A stretch of 64,000 bases of DNA from NCBI GenBank assembly GCA_013265495.1, contig MU058654.1, positions 62,001-126,000 of the forward strand. Reading direction: 5' to 3'. Below are positions 53,076 through 64,000 of the stretch, in pieces. The number at the start of each line of letters is the position of its first letter. Position 1 is the stretch's first letter. The notes under the pieces are model-generated. The model saw only the letters and a list, made by a program, of their open reading frames with translations, was not told the DNA's origin and ran no database searches. This DNA comes from Vicugna vicugna (lineage: Eukaryota). The translations under genes were made by a program, and so were the position numbers.

Positions 53076-53264
53076 CTATTACATGACTAGTATTTTTTTT
53101 TTCTTTTGCTAAATTGTGTGACAGAAGATTAGAACAGAAGGCAGAGAACAGATCGCAAGGGGAATTTGGGCCATTTTAACTAAGAAATGACACGGTCCCT
53201 TCTATGTCAAAAATGGAACCAACCTCTGGATCTCCCCTGTTCCACCTCAGTCTTCCTTGTTGCT

Positions 53265-53412
53265 TTTTTTTTGAAGTATAGTCAGTTACAATGTGTCAGT
53301 TTCTGGTGTACAGCACTATGTTTCAGTCATACACACACACACATATATTCATCTTCATATTCTTTTTCATTATAGGTTACTACAGGATATTGAATATAGT
53401 TCCCTGTGCTAT
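53265..53412 (-). mobile_element. Camelid-type L1 3' end
   Basis: ttttgaagtatagtcagttacaatgtgtcagtttctggtgtacagc...gaatatagttccctgtgctat. Confidence 0.9.
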
Positions 53413-53429
53413 GTTTTATTAGCGACAAC

Positions 53430-54552
53430 GATGCTTTTCTCATTGCTCAGAACAAAACTTTTGGAATCATAACTCATTGTCTTTTTCTCTGCTAACCCTT
53501 GCTTTCCAAATGTCAGGAAATCCTGTGGGTTCTATCTACCAAATATTATGAGAGTCCAGTCATTTCTCTTCATTTCTATTGCTCTCATTTTCGTCTTAGC
53601 CAACACCATTCTGGGCTTCATGACACCTCCCATGTTCTCCTAGAAGTTTCCTCCGTATAATCTAGTCCCAGAATAGCAGCCAAAGGGAACATCTGAAAAC
53701 CTTTTGTCACTCCCCCATCTTAACCAGAAGAAAAGCCCACAGCCATAGTGGCAGTCCAGACCACTGCTCTCCACCCTCCTCTCCCTGGCTCTGCTCTTTC
53801 CACCACTTCTTCCCTCAGTCACTGGGTTCTGGCCCCAGCAGCCTTCATCTTCTTCCTCACTTCTTTGCCTCCTCAAGTTTTTGGTCAAATTCCACCCTTC
53901 CAGTCAGGCCTACCCTGACCACCATGTTTAAAATTGTAACATATCCACATACTCCCCATTTAGAAGTCGTGGCTTCTCTTCACCCCTCCCCAGTTTTGTT
54001 TGTTTTTAGCCATAAGATTTATTTCCTTCTAGTATGATTCTTTATTATATTTAATTTTTATTAAAGTACACTGATATATAATGTGATATATGTTACAAGT
54101 GTACAATAGAGTGGCTTACAGTTTTCAAACTTACACTCCATTTATAGCTATAAATTACTGGCTGTATTTCCTGTGTTGTACGGTATATCCTTGTAGCTTA
54201 TTTTATGCCTAATCATTTGTACCTTTTGACCCTTTACCCCTATATTGTCCCGCCCTGCTCCCCTCTCCGCACTGATGACCACTAGTTTGTCCCCTATATC
54301 TGTGAGTCTGTTTCCCCTCTGTTACATTCACTAGTTTGATTTTTTAGATTCACGTAAAAGTGATGCCATACAGTATTTGCCTTTCTCTGCCTGACTTATT
54401 TCATTTAGCATAATATCCCCCAATATACTTCCACTAAAATGCAGAGTCCATGAGGATAGGATATGTTGCCTGTTTTCTTCACTGATAATCCAGAGCCCCT
54501 AGACGTGTCTTGTATTGTTGGTTCCCAGTAATATCTGTTGAGTGAATGAATG
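53430..54552 (+). mobile_element. L2 3' portion, ending in ttgagtgaatgaatga, split by an L1 at 54050-54425
   Basis: aaatcctgtgggttctatct...cagcagccaaaggga...gcctaccctgaccacc; canonical L2 tail at 54430-54552. Confidence 0.8.
54050..54425 (-). mobile_element. Older cetartiodactyl L1 3' end
   Basis: ttacactccatttatagctata...accactagtttgtcccctatatctgtgagtctg...ctgacttatttcatttagcataata. Confidence 0.85.
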
Positions 54553-54554
54553 AT

Positions 54555-55450
54555 GGAGGGCAATCTAGAAAGTGGAGAGACCCATTTGAAGATTATTTAA
54601 GTCACTCATATAAAAGGGTGATTTCAGTGACAATAGTGGCAATAGAGATAGAAACAGAAAGAATAAGAGATACATTTGGCAGAGGAAATCAAAAGTACTC
54701 CTTGGATAAAAATACAAGATGTGGGGAAGGGAAGAATTCATAATTTTCCCTGACTTCCAGCTTAAATAAATGCTCAGATGGTGGTGCTTACGGCAGGTGC
54801 GGTGAAGCTGCGAGGAGGGGAGTGATTAAGAGGTGGGATGGGTGGGAAGGGGTCTGTTTGGATGTTTATTAATGAGGAAACTTCTGAGATTTCAGGTGGG
54901 ACTGGCCCATGTGCACAAACTCATACAAGTCTGCAGACCAAAGAGCAAACGACAACTCTATGTGGTTGGGAAGAACTCCTGTCAAGGTAGGAAATGCTGG
55001 GACATGCTTGGTTTTGATGGGACATTGAGGAGAGAAGGACAGACCAACTAAAGGCAGAGCTGCTCTGCATTTGAGGTCATGGAGATAAGAGAGGAGAAAA
55101 CAAAGGGACCACATCCTGTGCTGCTGCAGGAAAGAAGATGGAATCACATTCAGGAAGGACTGAATGTAGGACTGAGGGATGGCATCCTTTGGCTTAGTGT
55201 ATGGTGCAAGGTGGGAAGTGCTGTGGAGACTGGAGAAGACAGAACCAGTTACAAAATAATCACATCAAAGTGGAAAAATGAGCATACTGGGAAATCATAG
55301 GAGAATCTCCATGCAGTGTTGAGTGACCTTCAAGCATGAATTTAAGGGGAAGCCAATCTGGTCAGTGATGACATAGAAACAGTGAACAGGTGGGCTTATC
55401 TGAGCCACAGAGATTTGTGAATGTGTCCATGATCGTATGGACAGACCAAG
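54555..55450 (-). mobile_element. Highly decayed L2
   Basis: Degenerate purine-rich L2-like sequence (gcagagctgctctgcatttgaggtcatggaga). Confidence 0.45.
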
Positions 55451-57149
55451 TTGGAGTCTGATCTTCAGAATTTATTTCCATCATCCTTTGCTCCCCTCCT
55501 CATCTTCTAGGACATGTAAGCGTCATCTCATCAAATATGGCTGCTCCATTAAGGTACTTTTAATTGATTGCTTCAGCAGATCGATTTATTGAGCTCATAT
55601 AATGCACTTGATGTTAGGAATATGAAAATGAAACAAAACGTAAAGTTCTGAGTAAATACACATTGACATGCCGTGGACAGAACTATTTTTAAATTTGTTA
55701 ATTTTGATCCATCTGGGAAGTAGGGAGATAATGTCCTTTGGAATTCTTAGATCAAATTTCTCTCAACTTTACAAAACATAATAATAAAGTTTATATATAT
55801 AGAAAGAAAATGCTTGCTACACTAACTCTGTCTAAATTGTAACATTCTTTTGGTTGGTACCCTATTTTATATACCATACAAGTTATATTAGCAATCTAAA
55901 TTTTACAGCATGTTAATGCCCCTACAAGTTTTTAACAATTACTTGAGATCTGCACTGTTTCCTATTTTTCTTTAAGAAGCAACTAAGAACTGTTTGCCTT
56001 TCTAAAAGAGTCTTTGGATAATCTCTTCCCATCTTGAGGATTACATGGAAAAGCCTGGAATCAATAGTAAGAATTCTTTGCCATTGAAATCCCAAACCTG
56101 TACATTAAATAAATAAGGGCAGGACCTAAAGTCTTTTTTAGCCAGAGTTAAAGGTAGAAACATCACCCTGAAGTAACTTCGCTCTTGAGGAAAGTAAGTC
56201 TCTTACACTCTGATGATGGTTGAGGATTAAGAAAATGATTTTCTTAAATCAGAGCTAGGAACCTATGAGGTTGAGGTTGAGACAAGGGTTTGTTTCTGGC
56301 TTGATTTAGGAATTTCAGAAAGTTCAAGCAAACTAAAGCTTGCCAGCCTCCAGTTTTGATTCACAGAACTTCCCCACACTCTCCAAAGAGTGTCTTTGAT
56401 CTACGAAGTGGCATCTCTTCAGATTTCTTCACCTGCTTGTTCCCCTTGTCAAAGTTAACTTCCTGGAAGTGAAAATGTCTTCTGTCCCATGGAGCAATCT
56501 GTTGTACCAACACATAAGAGGGGCCACCGTCTGTCTCTAGGTTGCTTCCTCCCATCTCCCCTGCTAGGATCTCCTTCCACACTTACGTGTGCAGTGGAAG
56601 CTCTGCGTGGCTGCGGGAGACAGTAGCTAGAGTAAGACCGTGCCCTGTCAAAAAGGCACATGCATTGCTTTGCTTTCCAGATAGATGTAAAGAAAAAAAT
56701 ATGGATTTCACTAAGTATTTTTGGCTACATGCGGAAACTGGGAGTGAAAATAACCTTCAATATTGAAGAGGTTTTGCATTGCAGTGACAATATGAGAAAG
56801 TTGGTTCAGGCTACTGATTCTTATGTCTTTGAAGAAAGTTGACAGAACTAATCAAGCATTTAAAAATAATAATGATAAAATAAAATAAAACAAACAAAAC
56901 TCAAAGGAAATGAAAATATTTGGCCTCACAGAAGAAAATATAAGAAGCACTGCAGGGAGGCTGTCATTTCTTGGCACCTGTCTAATGACAGGGGCAGTTC
57001 TTCTGGTTGAAACTTTAGTGCCCATGAATGCACAAGCCACCCTGTCCTTTCTAGGTCCTTGAGGTGGTGGGTTATTTCTACTTAGCAGATTATTTCTGTT
57101 TAATGTTAGGACTCAAGTTAGGTCCCAAATCCTTTGACAAATACATAAA

Positions 57150-57250
57150 TAATAATAGTGCATTCTAAATTGAGTGCCTATACCAGGTACTCTGCAAAGT
57201 GTTTTACAGTTTCAGAGTCATTGCCATTAATCCTTGAAAATAATCTGAAC
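57150..57250 (-). mobile_element. MIR, left half; possible continuation at ~58105-58145
   Basis: ttgagtgcctataccaggtactctgcaaagtgttttaca...ttaatccttgaaaataatct; ttcagatgtaaaactgatg on the far side of the L1. Confidence 0.6.
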
Positions 57251-57251
57251 T

Positions 57252-58092
57252 AGGAGTGATGTCAGTCAGAAACACAGTGGAGGGAAAATTTACCTTTGTC
57301 TGTCACCTTCAGTCTACAGCCAGTAAAACATCCACAACTCAGCAGGACGCTGGAGAGTCCCACACTTTGGGACGTCTAAGTGTAGGCAGATCAGAACACA
57401 GAGAGGATGAGGAACCGAGGGCGCAGTGCAGTCAGTGTCTGCAATTCTGGACCTCCGGCCATGAGAGCTAGCAGCCCGCGAGCAGCTGGGGAAGTGGCAG
57501 GCATGACTCTAGGGTTTCCCATCATCACTGACACACATGGCCACAGGTGGCATAGCGGGCGCAGGACCCAGTCTCTCCAGCCACTGAGGCACCAGAACCC
57601 CAGCCCCTGCTCTCCCCCACCATTAGTGGTGGAGCCCACAGACTTTACAACGCGGGACAGAGTAGAGGGGCCTGTGGGACCCTGGCCCCACCTCCCCCAC
57701 TGTTTCCCTCCCCCAACACGGAAGCCTGTGTCTTGGGGAATCCCAGACTCAAGGAAGGAGCCCACCATCCCGGGGATGACAGCCGCTCTGGCAGAGGCAA
57801 GGTAGCAAAGACCTCCGAGGCACCAGGAACAACACTGAGACACATCTCTTACAGACAGGGTGGAGGCTGGGAAGTGCCAGTTCTCAAACACAAGAGGCTG
57901 CTCAGGTCAGAGAAACCAAAAACCTGTGTGATTGACAGAGTCACTTACCAAAAACAAAGCAACTTCTAACCTGTCATTGAACTTCAAAGGCACCAGCAGA
58001 GGAACAATTCCAATTCATCAAGCTACATGAAGAACTGTAGTAACACTATACCACAAAAAGGAAATCACAGTCCTCCAGAAACCAGCCTCTAA
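57252..58092 (+). mobile_element. Isolated L1 5' end: GC-rich 5'UTR plus first 21 codons of ORF1
   Basis: Starts aggagtgatgtcag like laurasiatherian L1 5' ends; ATG 58027 gives MKNCSNTIPQKGNHSPPETSL*, resembling an L1 ORF1 N-terminus (MKN..N....KEND.SPET). Confidence 0.65.
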
Positions 58093-59692
58093 GCTTTTTA
58101 TTCAAGTGGCATTTGTGTATGACCTTCAGATGTAAAACTGATGGAAGCAGGGCCATCTTGGTGAACGCGGGGTGCTAGCAACCAGGTATAAGAAAATCCT
58201 CTTTGGTGGCAGAAAAACGTTATCGATAAAATCATCATCACCATCATCACTGACTAAGAGAATGACAGTAGATGATTAGGTACTAAATGTGATATGGTCA
58301 GTATGAAACAGCGAAGAGAAGGAATGAACTTTCATTAGAGTCACAGAGAAGGTTTTCAAAAGGAGGTGGGGTTTCCCACGGGTCGCCTGGATAACGAATC
58401 TGCCACGGAGGGAACAGCGGGTAGGGAACTGCCCATGAGCATCAGTCGAATGAGCTGTATCGTCTGCAAGGGCCCTTGCCGAGTGGGAATGGGCTGGGTG
58501 GGATAGAGCAAGGGGCTGGCAGAGCCATGCAAATAGAGAGCAGGTTGGATTTCATTCTGCAATTAGAGCTAGAAGGGTTAAATAAAAAGTATTGATTTGC
58601 TTTGGTAGACCTGATTAATTTGGTTGCAAACCAATTTGGCTTAAGCAACAAATAGATATCTTTTGAGTCTTGTAACTGAAAAGCCCTAAGAAACATGTTT
58701 CAGATATGGCTGTTTTCGAGTAACCGAGAAAGTTAGAACCCCATCTCTATCACCAGATTCTGCTGGCTGTCATACTGGTTTCATTTTTGGTCAAGGGATC
58801 CCCCAACTGGGGCAAGACCTAGGGCATCAAGCCAATAGCCTGTCAACTCTGTAACCCCACAGAAAGAGAGTCTGCCTTTTGCCCCTTAGAATTGTTTACT
58901 CAGAAGTCAGGATTGACGTTCGCTGGACCAATGATGAACAGTGTCCCCATCATTAATCACCAGGCGACCAAGTCAGTGTCAAACCCTAAGAGCCAGGTCA
59001 GATGAGGAGTAAGACCAGCGCCCCAGCATCCCCAGAACCACTATACTGAGGAGGTGTTCTTCCAACAAAACATGAAACGCTCCTACCAGACACTGAACAT
59101 CAAATAAATTCTATTTCTGAACTTTCAAATACCCATTATGCATGTTTCAAAATGAGTTATTTTTTGGACTTTTTAACTTTCTTGGAGATTCATTCTGCCC
59201 ATTCTTCCTAGTATAGATTAAAAAAAAAAGATAGTATATGAATACATTTTCTTTCCAAGGACAGTGATATATACAAATGGCTTTAGTATCTGTAGGAATA
59301 TACCATCCGGGGGTTGAGACAACAGTAACATTTCATCTATTGAATTATTTAAAAGGCGGACTTATCAAGCATCATGCAGCCATGTTTTTAATTATATCTT
59401 CACAAACTCGAAGTACCGTCTGCAAGCTCATCAGTGAAGTTCATCCGAGATTCCCCTGGCTCACCAAGTTCAAAGCTAGACTCCAGGTCGATTTTATTTA
59501 AAGTCGACTGACAGCGTGCAGTGGGGAAACATTAAGTACCACTTAAATCTGCTACTGAATATCTCATCAGGAATGTACTGGAAGAATACTCTTAACTCTG
59601 ACTTCATCGTGATCCATTACTGCAAACTCCCCTCTGGCCCTATTTTCACACAGGTGCCTAGCTGCATCACAAAAAACCTTTAGCTTTTTAAA

Positions 59693-60017
59693 ATTATTTT
59701 TATTGAAGTATAGTCAGTTATAACGTATCCATCTCTGGTATACAGCGCATTGTCACAGTTATACATACATATACATATATTTGTTTTCATCCTTTTTTAT
59801 TAAAGGTTATTACAAGATACTGAATATAGTTCCCTGTGCTATAAAGAAGAAAGATATTTTTAATCTATTTTTATGTAAAATGGTTATTCTTTGCAAATCT
59901 CAAACTCCCAAATTTATCCCTTCCCATCCCCTTCCCTCCAGGAACCATAAGATTGCTTACTACGTCTGTGAATCTGTTTCTCTTTTGTAGATGGGTTCAT
60001 TAATGTCCTCTTTTTTT
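59693..60017 (-). mobile_element. Camelid-type L1 3' end (same subfamily as 40755, 47315, 48318)
   Basis: ttattgaagtatagtcagtta...gcaaatctcaaactcccaaatttatcccttcccatcccc. Confidence 0.92.
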
Positions 60018-60499
60018 AAGATCAGGGATGGTAATTATTCTTTCTGGTCCCTGTCAATTAGCAATAAAATCTAAATTCAACAAAATATTAGCATTGTAGG
60101 GCCACAGTGCAAAGTTGACTCTACTTAGCTCCTTGGCATAAACATAGAAGACTCAGCTCAAGGAATTTCAAAAGGACTCCTAGAACAGAATGTTCCTGAG
60201 AGAGGATATTAATCCTGGAGGATCAACATTTGGTATGAAGTTGATTTAAGCCAAGATCCAAGTGTCTAGATGGTAACTCCTCTAGGTTTAGTACAAAATG
60301 AATACTACAAGGAATACTTCTCCACATGGAATTGTTAATGTGCAATAACAGCTCTTGAATTGGTCCTCACTTTGTAACAAACATTTTGAAATCCCAAATT
60401 CTCTCCAGCAGAAGTAGTGAGGAAAACTCCCAGTTGGTCCCCTGTGCCCTGCCATGGTTAAGAGTATGAGCTCTGCTCTTTTAAAATGCCTGGTCCTAA

Positions 60500-60675
60500 A
60501 TTTTAGTGAACCAGGGAGCTTTTTCCTTTTCAACTCTCCAACTCTCAGTTTCTAGTCAGAGGATTGGGATCAAAACGACACCTGTCCCAAAGGGTTACTG
60601 CAAGAATTGAATGGTAATACGTAGTGAATGCATTCACCAAGGAACTTGAAGTTGCCCAAGTTCTCAATAAGTCAG
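60500..60675 (+). mobile_element. MIR fragment
   Basis: caactctccaactctcagtttctagtcag...agggttactgcaagaattgaatgg...gttctcaataa. Confidence 0.55.
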
Positions 60676-63600
60676 AGTGATACTCAAGAGACATAGGTTA
60701 CAAGATTGTCATACCTGAGACGTTTGCAGGTGACTATCCTGCCTTAGGGGATGCGTAGGTGACTGTACGTCTGTTTGGGAGAAAGGAAATCTCACCTCTT
60801 TGGGTGTTTCAACTCAAAAACATCAAAGTAATCTCTTTGGTGATTTTGTCTCATTTCCCTTTTTTTTTTTTTCTGAGCTTCTTTTCTTTTTTTTTTTTTT
60901 TCATTTGCCCTGAACTCTTTCTGGATGATTAAGTACTATTTTATCTAAAGGCCAGATTTTTTTTTTTTTTGGTTACAATCCCAATGAAGCACCATCCCTT
61001 ATCATTTTAGCAGCTGTGTTTGCTTAGCACAAACCAGAGGCACCTTCTTATTGGGAGAAGCACATTGGTAGTGACTAATCTACAAGGTTATACCATGAAG
61101 CATTGCTTTCTGTTATGACATTTGTGTATGTAACTCACATAAAACAAGACTGAAAACAGCAGACAACAGGACAGAGAACTAAGGACAATGAGCAATTTTA
61201 AAAAAAAGTTCCATGATGGACAGCTAAGGAAGAAATGCATTTCTATTTTGTTTTATGCTAGTGTTTTTGTTTTGTTTTGTTTTTTAATATATAAGACTGA
61301 GACAATAGGCCTTCTGGGAATCTTTTCAGGCTGGAAATACTTACTTGATCAATGTGCCTCAGACATTATCATCAGTGCAATTTCCAGAAGATGTTCCAAG
61401 GAGTCTGGAAAGATGGCAAAAGATTCAATTCACATATTTGGTATGTTCTTCGCTGAATCATCATCTTATTTAATGATATCAACCTCTTTTTCAAATCCTC
61501 CAACTTTTTGAAGAGGATTTTATATATGGAAAACCAACACTGCTAACATTATCAAGAAGAGAATTACCATGAGAAAAATATTTGTGGTGTACATTATTTT
61601 TTTTACAAAGAGATATTGTGCCATTTTTATTATCAGAAAAGAAAAATACCAATTGTACAAATATATATATATATATATAAATTACAAAGCATTGATAATA
61701 ATTTTAAAACTTAATACTTAGATACATCCTGAGATGATGCTAATAAAAAAGTAATGCCTAGTATATTTCATATGCCAGAGCCTGAGGACATATATGCATG
61801 GAAAAGCAATTCGTACCAAATTGTTTTACAAGTGTGAAAAGTCTGCTAGCCTAAAGCAATAGCTCTTCACAATCACACAGAAGAAGCTACACACCAACCT
61901 AAAACTTCTGCCCTGGAATTATTCTGTAAACCTAATTCAATTTGCTACTACGGTCTTCTTCACAAATGGGTCTTTTCCCTACATGGTTGAGACTCAGAGG
62001 CCGGCATATGAAATCTGCTACATGTTTTTGGCTCAAACCCAAGCACTCTCTTCAGTCAATAGGCAGAATTCATTCAGATGGATTTTCCACATCCAAGTAA
62101 AAAGGTGAGAAAATACAGAAAGGCCAGGGACTGAAATAAAAGAAACCCTATCCCAGAGAATGGTTTCATAATTATAATAGCGCGTTTTAATCACTGTGAT
62201 TGTTTAATATATTATGAACACAGAGCTATAAGGATAATCATTGTCTTATCAGTCACGATCTCTTTGTTATAAGCAGTGCTCATTTGGGATTTAGCAGTGG
62301 ATAGCTCCAGTCCTTACACTTTCCTCACATATCAAGTGGTCTTAATTATGTGGGCAGTCAGACGCTCTCTGGAGACAAAGCAGGGGATGACAAACATCAG
62401 GTAAGGAAAGCTCCCCGCTCCTTCCTTCTTTGTTTCTGCTCAATCCCCTGTAGCCAAAGCCGCATATGCAGCTTTTTTCCCATCTCTGAGACACTTTAAC
62501 TGTGAAACGAGTAATTTAGCTGAAAAATTTCAGTTGTTTTTTTTTCTTTTTTTGCATGCTTCATATGCTGGGTTAAAACCATTAGCATATAACAAAAATC
62601 TGAGCAGATGCAACGCAACAGATTCCTTAAGGGAATCCATATTTTTACATATTTTGTAATAAGGAAACTGTCACTCCCAGATGGTCTCGAGCTAATACTG
62701 GTGGTTTGCTTGCTGATAACATACTAAAAAATAAAATTAATTGTATTCTATTTGATGACAATGAAGTCATTATCATATATACTACACTCTTAAAGAAAAC
62801 AGATCCCAAGGACCAGCTTCCTGAATGATTAGGTTTATTTTGTTTCTTGGCCTGGCCAGAAAAAAAAAAAATTCAGCTTGGATCTTACAGTTGGAATTCC
62901 CTCACACCTGGCATGAAAATGCACTACGGTTTATAAATGTGGTGAAGTAGGGAAAAAAAAAAATGCTCTGCGAAATTGCTAACAATATTAGAGAGAAGCC
63001 TGGTGGTATAAATACAACACATCAGATACTTCCAAATCTACTTCCCAAAAGTGGTATTGAAATCACTCTTTACCACTCTGTGGTGAAGCCGTCTTTCACG
63101 ATTCAAGTCCTGGTCGGTAGCCTTGACCAATCACTGCAAGTCATACTTACCTGAAAATATGCATAATAGACCTTGAAATTAAAATCTCACGTTGGTACAT
63201 ACTTTGGTATATTTGCGTAGTTATTTTTCATAGTAATGCAGCACATTTTCTTGATGTGTCTTTTTACCTGTAATCAACTTAGAATAGTTTCTTTCACATA
63301 AATAACATTTTCATATATAACATTTATCACATATAACATTTAGGACTTAACGGTAATTATACGATAAAATGTATCTTGACTTAGCATTCTCCTGTATCAA
63401 CCACAACTCCGTCTAGATCTTACATTCAAAACTGTTTTTACAGGTAAGATGTTCTTAACTTGTATTATAGGTTACCTCCTTTTATTTAAAAGCAAACAGA
63501 ACAAGAGGAAAAAGAAAACCCACATGACTCTATACACTGGTAACTAGCTAGCTACCTACTTAACTACCTACCTATTTATCTATCTATGAACGTTGTTATG

Positions 63601-64000
63601 CCCAAATCAGTGTTTTATTTTCAGATAACTTTTGTTGGTGGGAGCTGAGATTATAATATTATTTGCTGGGATGTATTAGTGGTCCTATTTTTCCCAAGTT
63701 GGGATTGATTTCTTGTGTAGCATCATGAGTGTGTTCCCCCTATTCACAGGACTCAATTCTAGCATCATATAGAAAAATAACTATAATAAATAAGGCCCCT
63801 TTTTGGGGGGGAGATTTGAAAGCTTGAAAGTCAACTGAATAGGTTTTCAGAGATCATGAGCAAAATAAAAAAAAAATTTTAATCTATGAACAGTATAAAG
63901 TATATGAATAATAGAATAGATCCATATACATTAAATCTATAGATCATAAATATTTCAACAGAGAGGCAGTTTTTAACCCTGAATCAATATTTTTAATAGT

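Noticed and set aside
57391..57969. 166-aa and 132-aa ORFs
   Set aside because: Lie in the GC-rich L1 5'UTR, where stops are rare
59465..59507. Possible minus-strand exon STLNKIDLESSFEL with donor TTG|gtgagc
   Set aside because: Isolated, moderate acceptor and no partner exon found
63151..63267. Minus-strand exon candidate with strong donor CAG|gtaagt
   Set aside because: Weak acceptor and stops in all frames
1..64000. CRISPR arrays, tRNA/rRNA genes and prokaryotic operons
   Set aside because: None seen; the recurring ~200-bp motif is dispersed L1 3'UTR, not a repeat-spacer array

Overview
This is mammalian nuclear DNA, AT-rich and dominated by repeats. It is most likely camelid (inference): it carries many copies of a cetartiodactyl-type L1 3'UTR ending ...caccagaaattgacacaacattgtaaactgactata..., and I saw no Alu, Bov-tA, PRE1 or SINEC elements. 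I recognised no known protein-coding gene, RNA gene or CRISPR array. Most ORF-track entries are chance or repeat-derived, and only 29969-30508 is clearly a real protein fragment (L1 ORF2 C-terminus). A large part of the window is L1, L2, MIR, L3, MLT1, MER45 and a possible ERV1 remnant, with several nested insertions carrying clear target-site duplications (TSDs). The main non-repeat signals are: (1) three small plus-strand exon candidates at 22842-23877 with strong splice sites and matching phases that encode an unrecognised 42-codon C-terminus; (2) a stop-poor, coding-like segment at 17945-18682; (3) two motif-dense enhancer-like blocks at about 15.7-16.4 kb and 19.6-20.6 kb. Repeat names and boundaries come from recalled consensus similarity, not a database run. 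No novel system is proven.
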